A DNA stretch of 64,000 nucleotides, taken from NCBI RefSeq assembly GCF_009914755.1, contig NC_060926.1. One strand, written 5' to 3'. The notes beneath the pieces were generated by a model that was given only the letters and a program-made list of their open reading frames with translations, was not told the DNA's origin and did no database searches. Below are positions 46,900-61,290 of this stretch, piece by piece; position 1 is the stretch's first letter; each line of letters begins with the position of its first letter. Made by a program: the position numbers and the translations under genes. The DNA comes from the human T2T-CHM13v2.0 reference genome, Homo sapiens.

Positions 46900-48850
46900 A
46901 ATGAATAGTCTTTCTGCTTTATTTTTAATGATATTTTCACTGTGAACCGTAACGTATATGTCATGTTTAAAGAAGAACAACAACAAACATTAGTATATCT
47001 ACCATCAGCCTAAGAAATGTGGAGACCTAGAGGCCCTCCAGGGGTATCCTGGGCGTATGCCACATTTTCTCCACCATGGTAAAACATTTAAGGACACACA
47101 CGTATGTGGGTCTACATTGTTTATTTGATTTTATCTATCTGTTCTTGGTGCTGAATATTACAGATTTAGCCTCAGAAGGTGTTTTTCTGTAACTTGCTTC
47201 TTCCACCCAACAAGGAATCAGCTGTGTTGATGTACATAGATGTCGCTCATTTGTTTTTTTATGTAGTGTACAGTTTTTCATGGATCTGAGTATATCATAG
47301 ACTATCTACTTCACAGTTAATGGGTATTTCAGTTGTTGTTGTTCTTTTTTTTTAATGTTCATGTAGAAGTACATCCTTACCCTGGAGAATACTATGTTCT
47401 TTGGAACAGGATGGCTTGGCGATCAGGCAGCACTTTGCACTCCTACCAGCAGTGGTGAGAGACGTTTCCTTCTGCGCCCTTGCCGACACTTGCTGTTGCC
47501 AGACTTTTAAATTTTTGCCAATCTGGTGGGTGTGAAATGGCATCTCATTGTGGTTTAATTTGCAGTTCTTGGATTACCAATGCTGTTGAGTCACTTTTCA
47601 GGTCTTTGGGGACCATTTGTGTTCATAGCCTTTTCTACAATGCCTGTTTAAGTTAACTTATCTTTTTCTTGAAAGATCTATCTGTTCTTGAAGATAGATG
47701 GGTAGTTCTTACCTGGTGTTTACTGCCACTGTTCTAAGTGGTTCTGGATACAGTAACTGTTTCAGTCCTTCCCAATAAAGTAGGTTTTCTTAGGGGGACG
47801 CCTGTCTCATGGGAGAGTATCCGTAGGTGCGCACAGCCACTGGCCCAGTGTTCCCCAGCAGGTGAGGGGAGAGCAGGGGCTCACACCTGAGCACGCTGGC
47901 TCTACCATTCGGTTCCAGTTCAACTGCTGGGTTATTGACATATTTTGGATGCTAATACCTTGTTTCTGCAATGTGTTGTTAATATCTTCTGTTTATGGAT
48001 TGTCTTTTTCCTTCGTATTTAATGTCTTTTGATAAATGGAAGGTTTTTAAAAACATTTAAATGTTGTTCCACTGAACATTTATGGTCAGTGTTTTGTGTC
48101 TTATTTAAAAATCATTTCCTACCCTGGAGCTTTTTATTAACTTTTAAAAGTTTTATAGTTTTGCTTTTCACATTTAAGATGTTAATTCAGCTAGAAATAA
48201 TATTGTATATAGGATGAGGTGGAGGACAATTTCTTTTTCCATCTAGATAACCTAACTTGCCAACACCATTGATTAAACAGCCCAGCCTTTCCCTGCCGCT
48301 GGTAAATCACATCATCTGCACATGTTTGTGTCTGGACCCTCCCTTCAGTTCCATCGGTCTATTTGTCTATTGTTGATTAAACTATTCTTTTGTAATTACT
48401 GTAACTTATTTAAAGCTTTGATATTTTAGCAGGGCAAGGACTTTCACTCTTCCACATACATTTTAAATCAATTTGTCAAGTACTTTGTCAAGTACTTGAA
48501 AATCCCGTCGAGATTTAAATTGGAAATGCATTTGAACTATACATCAAGTTGGGAGAAAATTACAGCTTTTCTGAGTCCTCTTACTCAAGAACATCATATT
48601 TCTTGCAATTTATTTAGGCCATCTTTAATATCTTTTAGTAAAATTGCATAATATCCTCCATAAAGGAAATGTACATGTTTGGTTAAATTTCTACCTAGTA
48701 CCACTTAAAATAGCAACAAAAATATAAAGTATTTTTAATTATATATTTTAGCTACTTGTGCATGGTAGATAGAAAAGCAGTTGACTTTTACATATACATA
48801 CCACTTCCCAGTGTTCCTGTTTTCATGTTTGCCCTTTGCATAAATTTTCT
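46900..48850 (-). mobile_element. Highly diverged L1ME-like fragments
   Basis: T-rich sequence with GTGAAATGGCATCTCATTGTGGTTTAATTTGCA and AATTGGAAATGCATTTGAACTATACATCAAGTTGGGAGAA; interrupted at ~47700-47930. Confidence 0.65.
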
Positions 48851-48869
48851 TTTGTGTCAGTTTAGCAAT

Positions 48870-49580
48870 TCATTTCTTTTTCTTGTTATTATGGATACCT
48901 TCAAACATACACAATCATGGAGGGTCTAGGACAATGACCCTGTGTCAGGCGATATCCAGCATCAGCAGCTGTCAACATGGTGCCAAGCTTATTCCATATG
49001 TCCCTCCACTTTTTTTGTTTTTTGGGGAATCCTTTAAAGAAAATCCCAGGCATCATATTATTTTATCCTTCAATATTTCAGTATGTATTACCAACAGATG
49101 AAGTCTTAAAACAAAAAACAGCCAAACCATTGTCACACTGTCAGAATTAACAGTAGTTGCCTGATATTAGTCCATGTGTGGATTTCCCTCATAGTCTCTA
49201 AAATGTCTTTTTATGCTTGTTTTGTTCAAACCTGGATTCAAATAAGGTCCACTCATGGCATAGGATTCCATCTCTCTTACTTCTTTCTATTTCTGGAAGT
49301 TCCTACTCTTTTCCACCTATTTCCTTCATGCCATTAATCTGTTGAAGAACATAGTCCCTTTCCCTGGAGAGCTGCCCCACCCTTGACTATGTGGGCTGCA
49401 TCCTCATGGTGCTGTCTCCCCTGCTCCTCCATTCCCTGTATTTCCTGTAAACTGGTAGTTACATCTGAGGACTTGGCTAGATTCATTTGTTTACACATGT
49501 TTGTTTTTCTAAGAACACTTTCTAGGTGGGGCTGTGAGCCTCTGATTTCGACAGTGCATTCAGAATCATCTTTGTACTTT
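48870..49580 (-). mobile_element. Old L1MC4/5-like 3'UTR fragment
   Basis: AAATCCCAGGCATCATATTATTTTATCC, TTTGTTCAAACCTGGATTCAAATAAGGTCCAC, TGTATTTCCTGTAAACTGGTAGTT. Confidence 0.6.
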
Positions 49581-51563
49581 CTAATCTAGCGTTCCAGGTT
49601 ATCCAGGATGCCTAGGTCATGGTACTGATATAGGAAGGGAATTCCAGAAACAGCGTGGGATGATGCCATTCACCATTGTATGCTCCTGGTCATCACTGTG
49701 TCCTGTGATCTGTCAGTATGGTCTTCCTCTCCCCCACATTTGTGTGTGTGAACCACAGTGGTTCATGACCACTTTGGTGGCAGGAACATGAAAATATTTC
49801 ACCTGAACACAGTGTTATCCAGAGGTGGAATGTCTGAGTGTCAAATATATCCCTGGACTCCCAGTTGCCTTCTCCATGCTCTGAGCAGGGCTGAGAGCTG
49901 AGGCTTCCCTGGGGTTGTTAACGGGGTGGTCATGACAAGCTTGGCCACGTCCTTCCTCCCACGTCCTGGTGGCTGCTCTGTGGTCTTCTTGAGGAATTGG
50001 CCATGTGTCCACAGAGGCAGTCATCTTAGTCCAGTGGCCTGGAATCCTCTCACATTTCTTCTGGGAATATTTATCTCTTCCTTTTCTTACTCTTTCATCT
50101 CCAAATGTTCCCCTCTCTCCTACATTGGTTTCTCTCGTGTGGTTTCTCTGCGCATTTGTTTGGTGTTCCCTCTGTGCTCAGCCTTCTCCTGGTTTTCCCA
50201 ATTACCAGGTCCAGTCTCTGACCAGACCCCATGAAGCCTGGTTGATTGCTTCTAAATCTCTCCATCTGAGAAACATCCTGGAGATGTGGAAAAAAACACA
50301 ACTCATGAGAGGAAAAGACTTTTGCATTGAGAGCAAATCCGCATGAGGAAAAAGTCAAGCCCCAAAGAATCAAGTGGACCTGCAGGTGGGGTTATTCACC
50401 AAGACTTTTTCAATGAGATGTAAATCAGTGGCTTCAAATGGTTCCAGAGGCCATGGCTGGAGCGGTGTCTTTCCCTCTGTGCTGGCTGGAGAACAACTGA
50501 ACACATCCCCCCATTCTCCCTTCCCTGCACTGGGGTGCAGCCTTCCTGCAGCAAGTTTCAGAGGTGGAAGGCTGATGATAAGTCTGGAGCTGACAGGCCT
50601 CCCTCAAGGGAGGACACTTTAGCAGAGAGATTTGCACATTTCTAGAGGCTGCAAGAGGGCAGTGCTCAGCTTGATTTAGAGCCAAGAAGTAAGAAAGCAG
50701 GAGGAAGGTGAAATGAATTGCAGGAGTGTGACACAAAGGAGGCTGGAGATGCCTTTTCTTACATAGGCCCAGCCTCACTTTCAGCCCACCTTCAACCCAG
50801 CTTCAGCCAGTTTTGTAAGGTTTGGAACTGCACAAGAGAGAAATAAAAGTTATATGAATGTGAATGGTTTCCAAAAGTCTCTCTGCAGAACCTCTTAACT
50901 TTAGGTGCAGATAAACTGCAACTTTCTTCAATGGGTTCTTGGACCCCTAGTCATGGTGACAGTTTGACTAGCATTGAGAGAATGTTGACCAGAAAAAGTC
51001 AACATCCCTGGCCCTTACAAAACATTGAATTTCATCTAAGTGGAGTAAATGGTTTAAAAGTTTAAAACATGTAATGAAATATATGTAGCACGGGCATGCA
51101 TTTCCTTTGCTCCCACTCTGGGGCAGCTGTGAGATACTTAGAGGGAACATGCTGGAAGGAATGTCTTCTGCCCAGTGTCTGTCCCACTGGAATGTGTGGT
51201 AAGTCTCCCCAACTCTGTGGGTTGCAGAAAGAAGAATGTTGCCTTTTCCTCAATTTTGGTGTGCATTTCAGATGTTATTGCGAAACTAAAGAAAAGGGGC
51301 AAAATTCTTCTCTTGTGCCTATCTCTCTCCGTCTCTTCCTTCTTTTTTTTTTCTTGTCTTGGCATATCTCAGAATTATCCAAGACTTTCATCCTGTTGAT
51401 TATTCCTTAGTCATGTATATTCGATACATTATGACTCTAAATAAACATTCCATCTTCCTTACGAACTTTGTAAGAATGGGGGGCAGGGGGTGTCCCCCCT
51501 TGTATTGTTAGATGTCTAGTACCTCACACAGGCCTGGCACAGACAAGATAGTCACTGTTTGCA

Positions 51564-51732
51564 TGGGTGGATGGATGGATGCATGGTGGGTCAATGGGTG
51601 TGTGGTGGATGGATGGAGGGAGAGACGGAAGGGAGGGATGATAGATTGAGGAGTGATGGATGGATGGATGAATGATGGATGGATACATGACGGATGGATG
51701 AATAAACAAATAAATGGAGAGATGGGTGGATA
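51564..51732. repeat. Imperfect (TGGA)n simple repeat
   Basis: Repeated TGGATGGATGGA units. Confidence 0.9.
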
Positions 51733-52449
51733 AAGATAATTCAAATACATACACAGATACACAACTGGACACCATCATTCCCCACACACTCCTAAAGAGG
51801 TGTGTGTCTTCTCCCCCTGGGTTTCATCAATAAGCAGGATCCCTCTTAAGGGACCAATTCCTCTGGTAAGGGTCTGCAAGTCACTCATCTGTGTCTGGCA
51901 CCTTGCACAGTGTGTGCAGTGGAAGTCCCCAGCAAGTGTGTGTTGAATAAAGGTTGTGCCATGCATTAGTTCATGGTCTAAGTCCATATAAAAAGCCAGG
52001 TGTTTGGAGTTACTGTAGTATCTGTTGACTTTCACCCAAAATCTAAAAAAGACTCCTCAGCTTTTCCTTCCAGCATAGCAGAAGCTCTTCCAAGATGGCC
52101 AGGAGATAAACTCAAAAGCGGTTTCATTCTTCCCCATCCTTTACTTTTGGATCTGTTCCCTGGAGCATGGGGAATGCCGGGTGTCTTATTTCTTGAAGCT
52201 GAAATTTCCTGATATTGTGTACAGACCCCCACCCGCCTGTCCCGCAGGGCTGGGTGCCAGAGCAAGATTCAGGAATTGGCCATCAAATGAGTTCCTCATT
52301 TGCAATCAATTAACAGCCACCTGGCCTGTTTTCCTGCCTCCCTCCTCTCCCCTTCTCTCTCTCCCCTTGTTTTGCATCATGAACTGATTGGAGTGTGAGA
52401 ACTGGGGCCTTAACCAGGTTTGCAACTTCTCCCTGCCAGGAGCACTTTC

Positions 52450-52770
52450 TCCCAAAACCTCAGGGCTCCCGCGTCTACTCCTTCAGGCCCTTTCTCACCC
52501 TCCTGAATTTAAAATTGCAACCCCCACCGCCTTCCAATCCCCTTCTGGATATATTTTCTCTGGAGTACTTACGGTCTTCACTATACTACGTACTTTTAAT
52601 AGTTTATTTTGTGTATGTCTCTGTCCCCTTATAAAGTGTATGCTCCCTTAAGGTAGAGATGTTTTTATCTATTTTGTTTCTATTTTCTTTATCTATTTTG
52701 TTAGTTCCTAGAACCATGTCTGGCACATATTAGGTGGCCAATAAGTACTTGGTGACTGATTGAATGAATA
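52450..52770 (+). mobile_element. L2 3' end
   Basis: CTAGAACCATGTCTGGCACATATTAGGTGGCCAATAAGTACTTGGTGACTGATTGAATGAAT. Confidence 0.7.
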
Positions 52771-54491
52771 TAATATTAAGATGATTTTTTAAAAGTCTCG
52801 TGTTCAGATCTTTGCCAGGGGCACCCTGTCATGCCCCTGGGGTCTCCCCTGAGGAGAGACCTCTCACCAGAGGAGCTGCAGTCCACTGCCTCTCTGGAGG
52901 GGTTTGCCTGCACCCTCAGCACCTGGCCGATCCTCCGATGGGTCTTCCTGGTGCTGTGACTGTCTGTGACTAGTCGTGGATGCCGGCTGAGCCTGGGAGC
53001 AGCGGTTACCGGAAATCTGTGGCTTTCTGCTTTAGCTAAAGAGAGAAGACTGCATGTGTTTGCCAGTCTTTTGGGTGCTTCTGTTTAGCATAGACATTGG
53101 CCAAGGCTGCTGGTAAAGAGCACCAGAGAGGCGCTTTACCCATGAGAGGGAAGCATCTGCGGCCCGGAGCCCTCTGCAAGCTGCCTCATGGGACCCCTAA
53201 CAGACCTTCTTGCCTCTCTGAGTTCAGGGTAGAAACAACCTGCTGATCCGTCTGTTTCCCTCTGGCACGCCAACTCTCTCCTGAGAGAGCTCCTCCTCCT
53301 GATTCTGTGTTCTGAGAGTTGCGCCCAGGGGTGCTGCACTTGCTCCTTCCTTCTCAGCCTGTAGCTCAGCTCTGACACTCCCGCGACTCCCCCAGCACCC
53401 CGAGCAGGGTGCAGGTCTTCCTGGACGGGCTTGGGGCTGAGTGCAGCAGAAGCAGCACAAGGCTCCTTTGCTGCCTCTGCCCCTAAGGAGTCCCAGGATG
53501 TGTGAGGAACAGAGCTTTCTCCTGTCCCGAGCTCCCCGCAGTTCAGCCCTCTCTGGACTAGACAGTTCTGCATTTCTTAGCTCACTGTGCTGTGCTAAGG
53601 AAGCCAGGGCTGCCCCGTGGGTGGAACATCCTCTAATTTGCCAGGCAGGAAAGGATGGGGCGATGAGTCACCCTTCTGAGTGATTCCTGCCGAGCTTCCT
53701 ACAGAACATATCCAGGAGCAGCCACCCCGCCCCCAGGGTTAGTGTGTGGAGGCACAGGTGCTAGTGTGGGTGGTGAGAAATAGGACTCGGAATCACCCTT
53801 TTTAACGTGCACAGTATGTTAATTGTGTCCTCACAAAAGTGTTGAAGTGTTTCTTGCCTTATAGAATAAATGGTCAGAAACCAGTGGATTCCTTTGAGCT
53901 GTTTTGATGGGAGGAAATTAACTGTGACAGTGAGACCTTGGTGGTCCCAACATCAGCAGGATGCAGAAGACAGCCTAGCCTGCTGGGTCATGTATTCGTC
54001 TTCGGCAGCCTGGGATTGGGAATGCGCGTGAGTGCAGAGCTGCTCACTGCCTGGTGCCCTGCAGCTCCAGTGCTGCCTCAGTGCGTTCCAGGAGAGACCT
54101 CAGTTTCCAGCCCTAGCTCAAGTCCCAGGGTTGATCTTGCTCGCGGCAGCACCAGGCCTGCACCTCGGAAAGGCATGATGGACTTACCTGTATCTATCAG
54201 GTTCAGGCATTCTCCTGCCTGTAGTTGAGAATTCAAGTTCAGGGTGATTAGTTTCGCCTTTTAAAAGAGCCCTAGCATATCCTTGCTGGATATATTCATT
54301 GCTGAAATGCACAAGAAACTGAATGTGATCAATGTAATGTATTGGTTTCAGCATCAGATGTTAAGAAAGTGAATCTGTTGAGATTCTTGCTTTTAAAAAC
54401 ACAAAATAAAACAAGCCTAACCTTAGTCAGTCATCCTGGACTTGAGATCACATTTCACAGTCTACAAAGTGAGGTTTCACGTATAGCATAC

Positions 54492-54661
54492 CCCACCTGT
54501 TTGTGTAAGTAAAGTTTTATTGGAACACAATCTCACCCACTAATTTACATGGAATCTCTGGAGCTCTGGCTGCTACAATGGCAGAGTTGAATAGTTACAG
54601 CTAACACTGATGGCCTGCAAAGCCACCTTGCTCCACTAGAGACAAAGTTTGCTGACCGCTG
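54492..54661 (+). mobile_element. MER58A-like hAT-Charlie element
   Basis: TAAAGTTTTATTGGAACACA, CAATGGCAGAGTTGAATAGTT, AAAGTTTGCTGACCGCTG. Confidence 0.78.
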
Positions 54662-54960
54662 GCATAGAAGATAAGAGCACAAATTCTGAAACCAAACTGC
54701 TAGAGTTTAAATCCCAGCTCTGCCACGTATTGGCAGCATGACCTTGAACATGTTAATTAACCTCTGTGTGACTTAGTTTCCTCCACTGTAAAATGGAGAT
54801 AATATGGAGATAATAATATCTCCATTATAATATTAATAATTATAATTATGATGATATAATAATGATATCACCAAAATAATACTTGTCTCCTAAGGTTGCT
54901 ATGAAGTTCAGAAGAATTAATAATGAGGACATGCTCAGAGTACTTTCTGACAAGTGGTAA
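54662..54960 (+). mobile_element. MIR with internal AT-rich expansion
   Basis: TTTAAATCCCAGCTCTGCCAC...TGACCTTG...TTAACCTCT...AGTTTCCTCCACTGTAAAATGGAGATAAT. Confidence 0.75.
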
Positions 54961-55060
54961 TGTGTTAAATTTTTAAGGAAGTGGGCAGGTTTCTAAGACT
55001 TTAGGAAAGTCCAGTCGCTTCCTCAAATCACAGACAGTTGTGCATTTGAAGATCACCTCA

Positions 55061-55377
55061 AAACCAGGTTCAGAGGCTCACGCCTATAATCCCAGCGCTT
55101 TGGGAGGCCAAAGTGGGAGGACTGTTTGAGCCCACAAGTTCAGCCTGGGCTGTAACATGGTGAGACCCCGTCCCTACAAAAAAATAGAAAAAATTAGCCA
55201 GGTGTGGTGGCATGCACCTGTAGTCTCAGCTACTCGAGGGGCTGAGGTGGGAGGATTGCTTGAGCCCAGGAAGTCAAGGCTTCAGTGAGCCATGATCACA
55301 CCACTCGACTTCAGATTGGGTGACAGTTTTTTTTTTTTCCTTTAAAAAAAAAAAAAAAAAAATCTTAAAAAAAAATA
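55061..55377 (+). mobile_element. AluJ-like, with altered 3' end
   Basis: GGCTCACGCCTATAATCCCAGC and GGAGGATTGCTTGAGCCCAGG; near-TSD AAGATCACCTCA (55049-55060) / AAGACCACCTCA (55378-55389). Confidence 0.92.
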
Positions 55378-55938
55378 AAGACCACCTCATCATCAGGGTA
55401 CCTCCCATAGGAAACACAGCCTTGTGGGTGTCTTGGCTTCCTGTTGGTCCAGAACCCTGCGGACTTTCCTCGCAATAAGGGCACAGACTGGCTTGGCTAA
55501 AGGAAGGGTGCTAGTGGTGCCAGCCAGCAGGGGAACCCTCACCCGCTCCGGGGATGCCAGGGATGGAGTGAGGCAGCCACAGTGTCCACTGCGCTGATTC
55601 CAGCAGGGGATGGCAGCATGGTGACAGGAAGTCACACTTAATAATGCAGACAAGAGGGAAAGGAGACCCACAGACACAGGGAGAAAAAGCTGCAATATGC
55701 CTCTTCAACTCATGAGAACAGGAGGCGATGGGCCACAGAGGCTGCTGAAGGAGTTTGTTCCTGCCTCTGTTTTTCTCTCTCCTTCTCCAACTAGAATGTT
55801 ATGTGCCACTTGCTCCCCTCAGTAGCACTTCCAGGACAGGTGGACTACATATTTGTGGAACCCAGTGTTTTTATTGAGAAGCCTTCTTTTTGCTTTTTAG
55901 GCTGGCCTTCCTGGAAAGGTTCTGCTTTTAACTCTTTG

Positions 55939-56256
55939 CGTGCCTTCCCAGGCCATGCGTCCTGGTGCGAGGCTCTGAGAACGCGATTTATGTCACCGCG
56001 TTGGCGACTTACATGTGCTCCCTGATCATTGAAGACACGGTTTTGTCTCTGCCTGGGATCATGGTGGTCATACCACTCCCTGCTTCAAAACCGAACATTT
56101 CGTGTTTTCGGAGCAGATTCGTCAGGACGTTTTGCAGCATCCTGGGGTGTTACCTGTTCCTTGCGCCTGATCTAGAGTTCCGAGGCCTACGCACCTCAGA
56201 GGAGCAGCTGTGGGGACTGTGGGGCAAGGCCCCTCGCCCGTCCCACACGAGAACGG
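55939..56256. promoter_or_regulatory. Small CpG-retaining patch (possible enhancer or alternative promoter)
   Basis: About 21 CpG in ~320 bp of non-repeat sequence (manual count) against a CpG-depleted background. Confidence 0.35.
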
Positions 56257-56479
56257 CTCTTTCTAGCATGTTTTCTCAGGTGTCTCTTTATCCTCTCCCT
56301 ATGCCTCAAGTTTCCACATTGAAAACTCTCAATGGCGTTTATTTCCTTCTGAGTCTCTGCTGGGCTGTTCCAGCCCTTCCACAGCCCCTACCCTGGGAAG
56401 CCCGTACCTCTTCCACACGCCACCTCCTCTCTGCCCCTCAGGGCTGGGACATGCTCGTCCACTAGCCCTCGCTCATCCA

Positions 56480-56770
56480 CGTGTCCCTCAGTTACCTTCT
56501 CGATGATGACGTTCTAAGATTTCACCCTATCCCCATCCCAGTGTTCATGTCCCCTCCCCTGGTTTATGTGTCCCCTTAGCACTTAACCACTTTCTGACAT
56601 TCTCTAGATTTTACTTATTTGTATGTTTTGTTGCTGTCCCCCTGGCTGGAACATAAACTCCACCCGGGTGGGGACCTCTGAGTGTTTTGTTCACTCCCAA
56701 ACCCCACGCCAGAACCGCACCCCACAAGTAACGGGCACTCATTCCGATTTGCTGACTAACTGCATAAATG
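56480..56770 (+). mobile_element. L2 3' fragment
   Basis: TAGCACTTAACCAC, CTGGAACATAAACTCCAC, TGTTTTGTTCACT. Confidence 0.5.
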
Positions 56771-57087
56771 TCCTAAAACCACTTCCTACCTTACGCGGCT
56801 GTAGAGAGGATAAGAATGAAAGTTAAATAAAGCCTATGAAAATGCTTAGAAAACTTGAAAGCATAAAGTGAATGTGAAAGATGTATTTATGAATGAAGCA
56901 GCTCAACAAAAAAAGACACTTGGGGGCTGGGAGTGGGATATGTCGGTGAGACTGATAGCACGATGTTGTCGAGACATTCGGGCTGATTTAAGTGACTGGC
57001 AACATCTGGAACCCATCAGGAAAAGCTTTAGCGTAGAAGGCATTCCTCTCCCTACATTTTGAAAATTCAGGCAGGCCTAGTAAGCTC

Positions 57088-57169
57088 TTTAATATTTTAG
57101 GAAGTTCAAAAATATTTAATATCTTAAAGAAAGTCAAAAATACTTACTACTCTGGGAAGTTCAAAAATC
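57088..57169. repeat. ~27-bp degenerate tandem repeat, 3 copies
   Basis: TTTAATATTTTAGGAAGTTCAAAAATA / TTTAATATCTTAAAGAAAGTCAAAAATA / CTTACTACTCTGGGAAGTTCAAAAATC. Confidence 0.75.
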
Positions 57170-58713
57170 ACCACGTGCCTAGAAGCTGGCCTGCAGGAGA
57201 AGGATTCTCCCTCACTGGGGAAGAGGTGTCATGCTGGGAAGGCTGTCTTGTTCTCTAGACTAGGTAAAATGACAACCAAAGACCCATTTTTACTTTAAAA
57301 TGAGTTTACAAAGCCACATTAAAGTGTGAAGGCTTCAAGAAGGAATTTCTCACAGATAGAACAGAAAATAACTGGATTGACTCACTAGCATGCAAAATAC
57401 ATTTGGAAGGGAAGCTGCCACCAATAAGTTTCTCCCTTGGGTACAAAGAAATGTCCTGGTGTGCCCACGGCTAGCACGTGCTGAGGACTCGCTGTGAGGC
57501 CCCGTGTACCCCGCAGGCTGCTCTTGAAGGAACCAGTTTCCAAGGGAGGAGGATGATGCCAGCCCTGGGCAGTGTTTCCACCACGTTGAGGCAAATGCTC
57601 TTTGCAGCAAACCAGGAGAGCATTTGTTTGTTTCTCTGCAGTGAGACTATTCGCATTAATAACTTACTTATGAAGTTTACCTTAAGTCTGTAAAAGCAAC
57701 TGCAACATCCAATTTTGTGGAGATTTCCATTACAAAGTTGGCAAAGCGTTTTGTAACTAAATATCTGGAGTTAAGGATTTATATAAATCAACATGGAAAT
57801 GGGGTGCCGAGGGACCCTCTCCTGCTCCAACCGTATCCGTCAACACCTGGTGCAGTGAAGAATTCTGCTCAGTTCCTCCTGTCCCAGAGCAAAGGGCAGT
57901 CTGCATCCCTGACAGCCAGACCATCATCCTCTGTGGGCAGCAAATTGCAGAATTAGTGTAAAGCAGACAAATGCAATATCTATGTGAAATAAGCCCAAAT
58001 CATTAGGTATGCTTTGATTCAGGCTTAACATTTTTTAACATAATAGCAAACCGTATTTAGTATCCTAAATGTAAATTCAGGACTTGTAGTTTTCACATTT
58101 TTGTGTTATGTATCTTAAATGCCTTTCTAGAGAGGGAGGTACGAACTGGCTCATAGGGTGATTTTTTCCTGAGATTGGCCACATGATTTAAAGATTTGTA
58201 AAAGCCTTTGGACCTATCTGTATTGAGAGGTAAGAGCTTGGGCTCCCTTGGTCCTGGGACCCTCTCCTCTCCCCACAGCAGGGCTGCCGGGAGCCCTGGG
58301 TGCAGGGTGCATCGGGCTGCTGGCCCCATTGTGGCCCTGCTCCCATCTGTCCTGTAACTTCTCTGCATCCAAGGCTAGGTCCTCCTGTGTGTGGTGTCCT
58401 TAGCGCCTTGCACTGTGGCCACCCCCTCGCATATGGCGAAATGTTTTCCTCAAATGGTGATAAGGGACTGTGCAGGCAAGGGCGGGAGTCCTGGAGGCAC
58501 CCCCGGTCACAGGATCACCCTCAGCGTTTCCACCCTGCCCAAGAGGTCTGTGGAGCTTCCCCGAGCCTTTAGCACATTTGCTAGGAAGTCCATCATCCAT
58601 TGGTGGAATAACCTTCCTTTTTAGAACCTTCTTGAATGGCTGTGCCATATGCTATCAGCATATGCCGTATGCTACCAGGTGGGTTATCTTGGTGGTCAAG
58701 TTTGTTTTGCTAA

Positions 58714-59016
<303 letters not shown>

Positions 59017-59149
59017 TCCTTCTGTTTTTGATGGAGCTTGCCAGTCTGTGTGTCATGTGATGTGGAGAACTTTAGTAAACACGCTGTGTGCTGCTGTCTG
59101 GTAGCTTCCCGAGTCGGAAGTTATTTGCTACCAACAGGAGACCATCCTT

Positions 59150-59285
59150 TGGTACTTACAGTGTGCCAGGCACTGTTAGGAGTAACTCATCTGTATTAAC
59201 TCATTCGATCTCACATTTAGGATCCCTGTGAGACAGATACTTAGCACGCTTGTTTTGCAGGTACGGAAACTGAGGCATGGAGCAG
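59150..59285 (-). mobile_element. MIR
   Basis: TACAGTGTGCCAGGCACTGT...ATTAACTCATT...CCCTGTGAG...GGAAACTGAGGC. Confidence 0.65.
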
Positions 59286-59473
59286 GCAGGGTGTGGCAGA
59301 ATTGAGCTCTTCTGCAAGAAGCTTCATGGCCACCCTCAAAACTCCTTGAGCGCTGGGGACCCAGTTCTAACACAGGCCTCCTTCCTTTTGTCATTTGAGC
59401 CAGATTCTTAGGGAAACTTTTTTTTTTTTTACATGCTCACAGATACTTTATTTTTTCTTACCTTTTTGTATTA

Positions 59474-60263
<790 letters not shown>

Positions 60264-61134
60264 TTTTTTGGGGGGGTGGGGGGTAACATGAAAGTAATGA
60301 CATGAAAAATGTATATATAGTAAGATGATGTGGTGGTTGGTTTGGGTTGAAATAAGGACCTACAAGGAATCCTCTGCCTTTAGTCCCCTCCTTCTCTTCC
60401 CTCCTGTCCTCTTGGTCTTCTGCGGTGGCTGGAGATCCAGGTCCCCAGTGCAAGGCCCCATTGACCTGAGGCCACCCACAAAGGAGGCCCACGTGAGTGT
60501 GCTGCCCAAAAGGCCGGTGGAAAGGTGGTAGATGGGGCCGACCAGGCATCAGCTGGATTCAGGCCCTGGAGGGTGCCTGGGTGGGGCTGCAGGGGTTGCC
60601 GGTAGCGAGGCCTTTGTTCCCTGGGAGGGATCAAGGAGCACTTTTCAAGGTGCCTGGTGGCTGCTGGGGACTTGCTCAAGTACTCCTCTAAGTACCCATT
60701 ATCAGAACATGCCTGGGAACACTGCAAATACCAGCTCACAGCATGGGATCTCTTCCCAGAAAGTGAGGAAGTGAGCAATGCATCTCTGAATTGGATAAAT
60801 GTAAACAGATCTGGACCCTCCTGGCCCAACGGATGACTGACCCACAGCTGCCCTTTCCCTTCCATAATTAAACAGATAATTATCAGGGCTCCACAGAGGC
60901 TTCCCTCGCCTTTTGGGGGAGTGAGGAGGAGGCAGGTGGTTGGAAGCTGGTTGCCCAGTTACACGCTTTGTGATGCTGAGGAATTTGCCCACCTTGCTAC
61001 ATTTTTCTCACTTATAAAAGGACTATAATTCTTATTTCACAGGAGTCCTGTGAGCAGTAATCGGGTTATCGGGAGTGTCTGGTGGGGAGTAGCAGCTAAA
61101 TAATGGCTGAGTTACTTTGAGGGGGTGATGTGTG

Positions 61135-61290
61135 TAGCTGGCAGTGCACAGGTTGGGAGGTCAGACCACCTGGATCCAGTCCTGTCTCTCGGACCTTGGA
61201 CAAGTTACTGGACCTCACTGTGCTCCAATTTCCTATCGGTAAAGTGCAGATAATATAAGGCCAAGCTCACAGGGTTGCTGTAAGGATCCT
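61135..61290 (+). mobile_element. MIR
   Basis: GACCTTGGACAAGTTACT...CTCACAGGGTTGCTGTAAGGAT. Confidence 0.6.
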
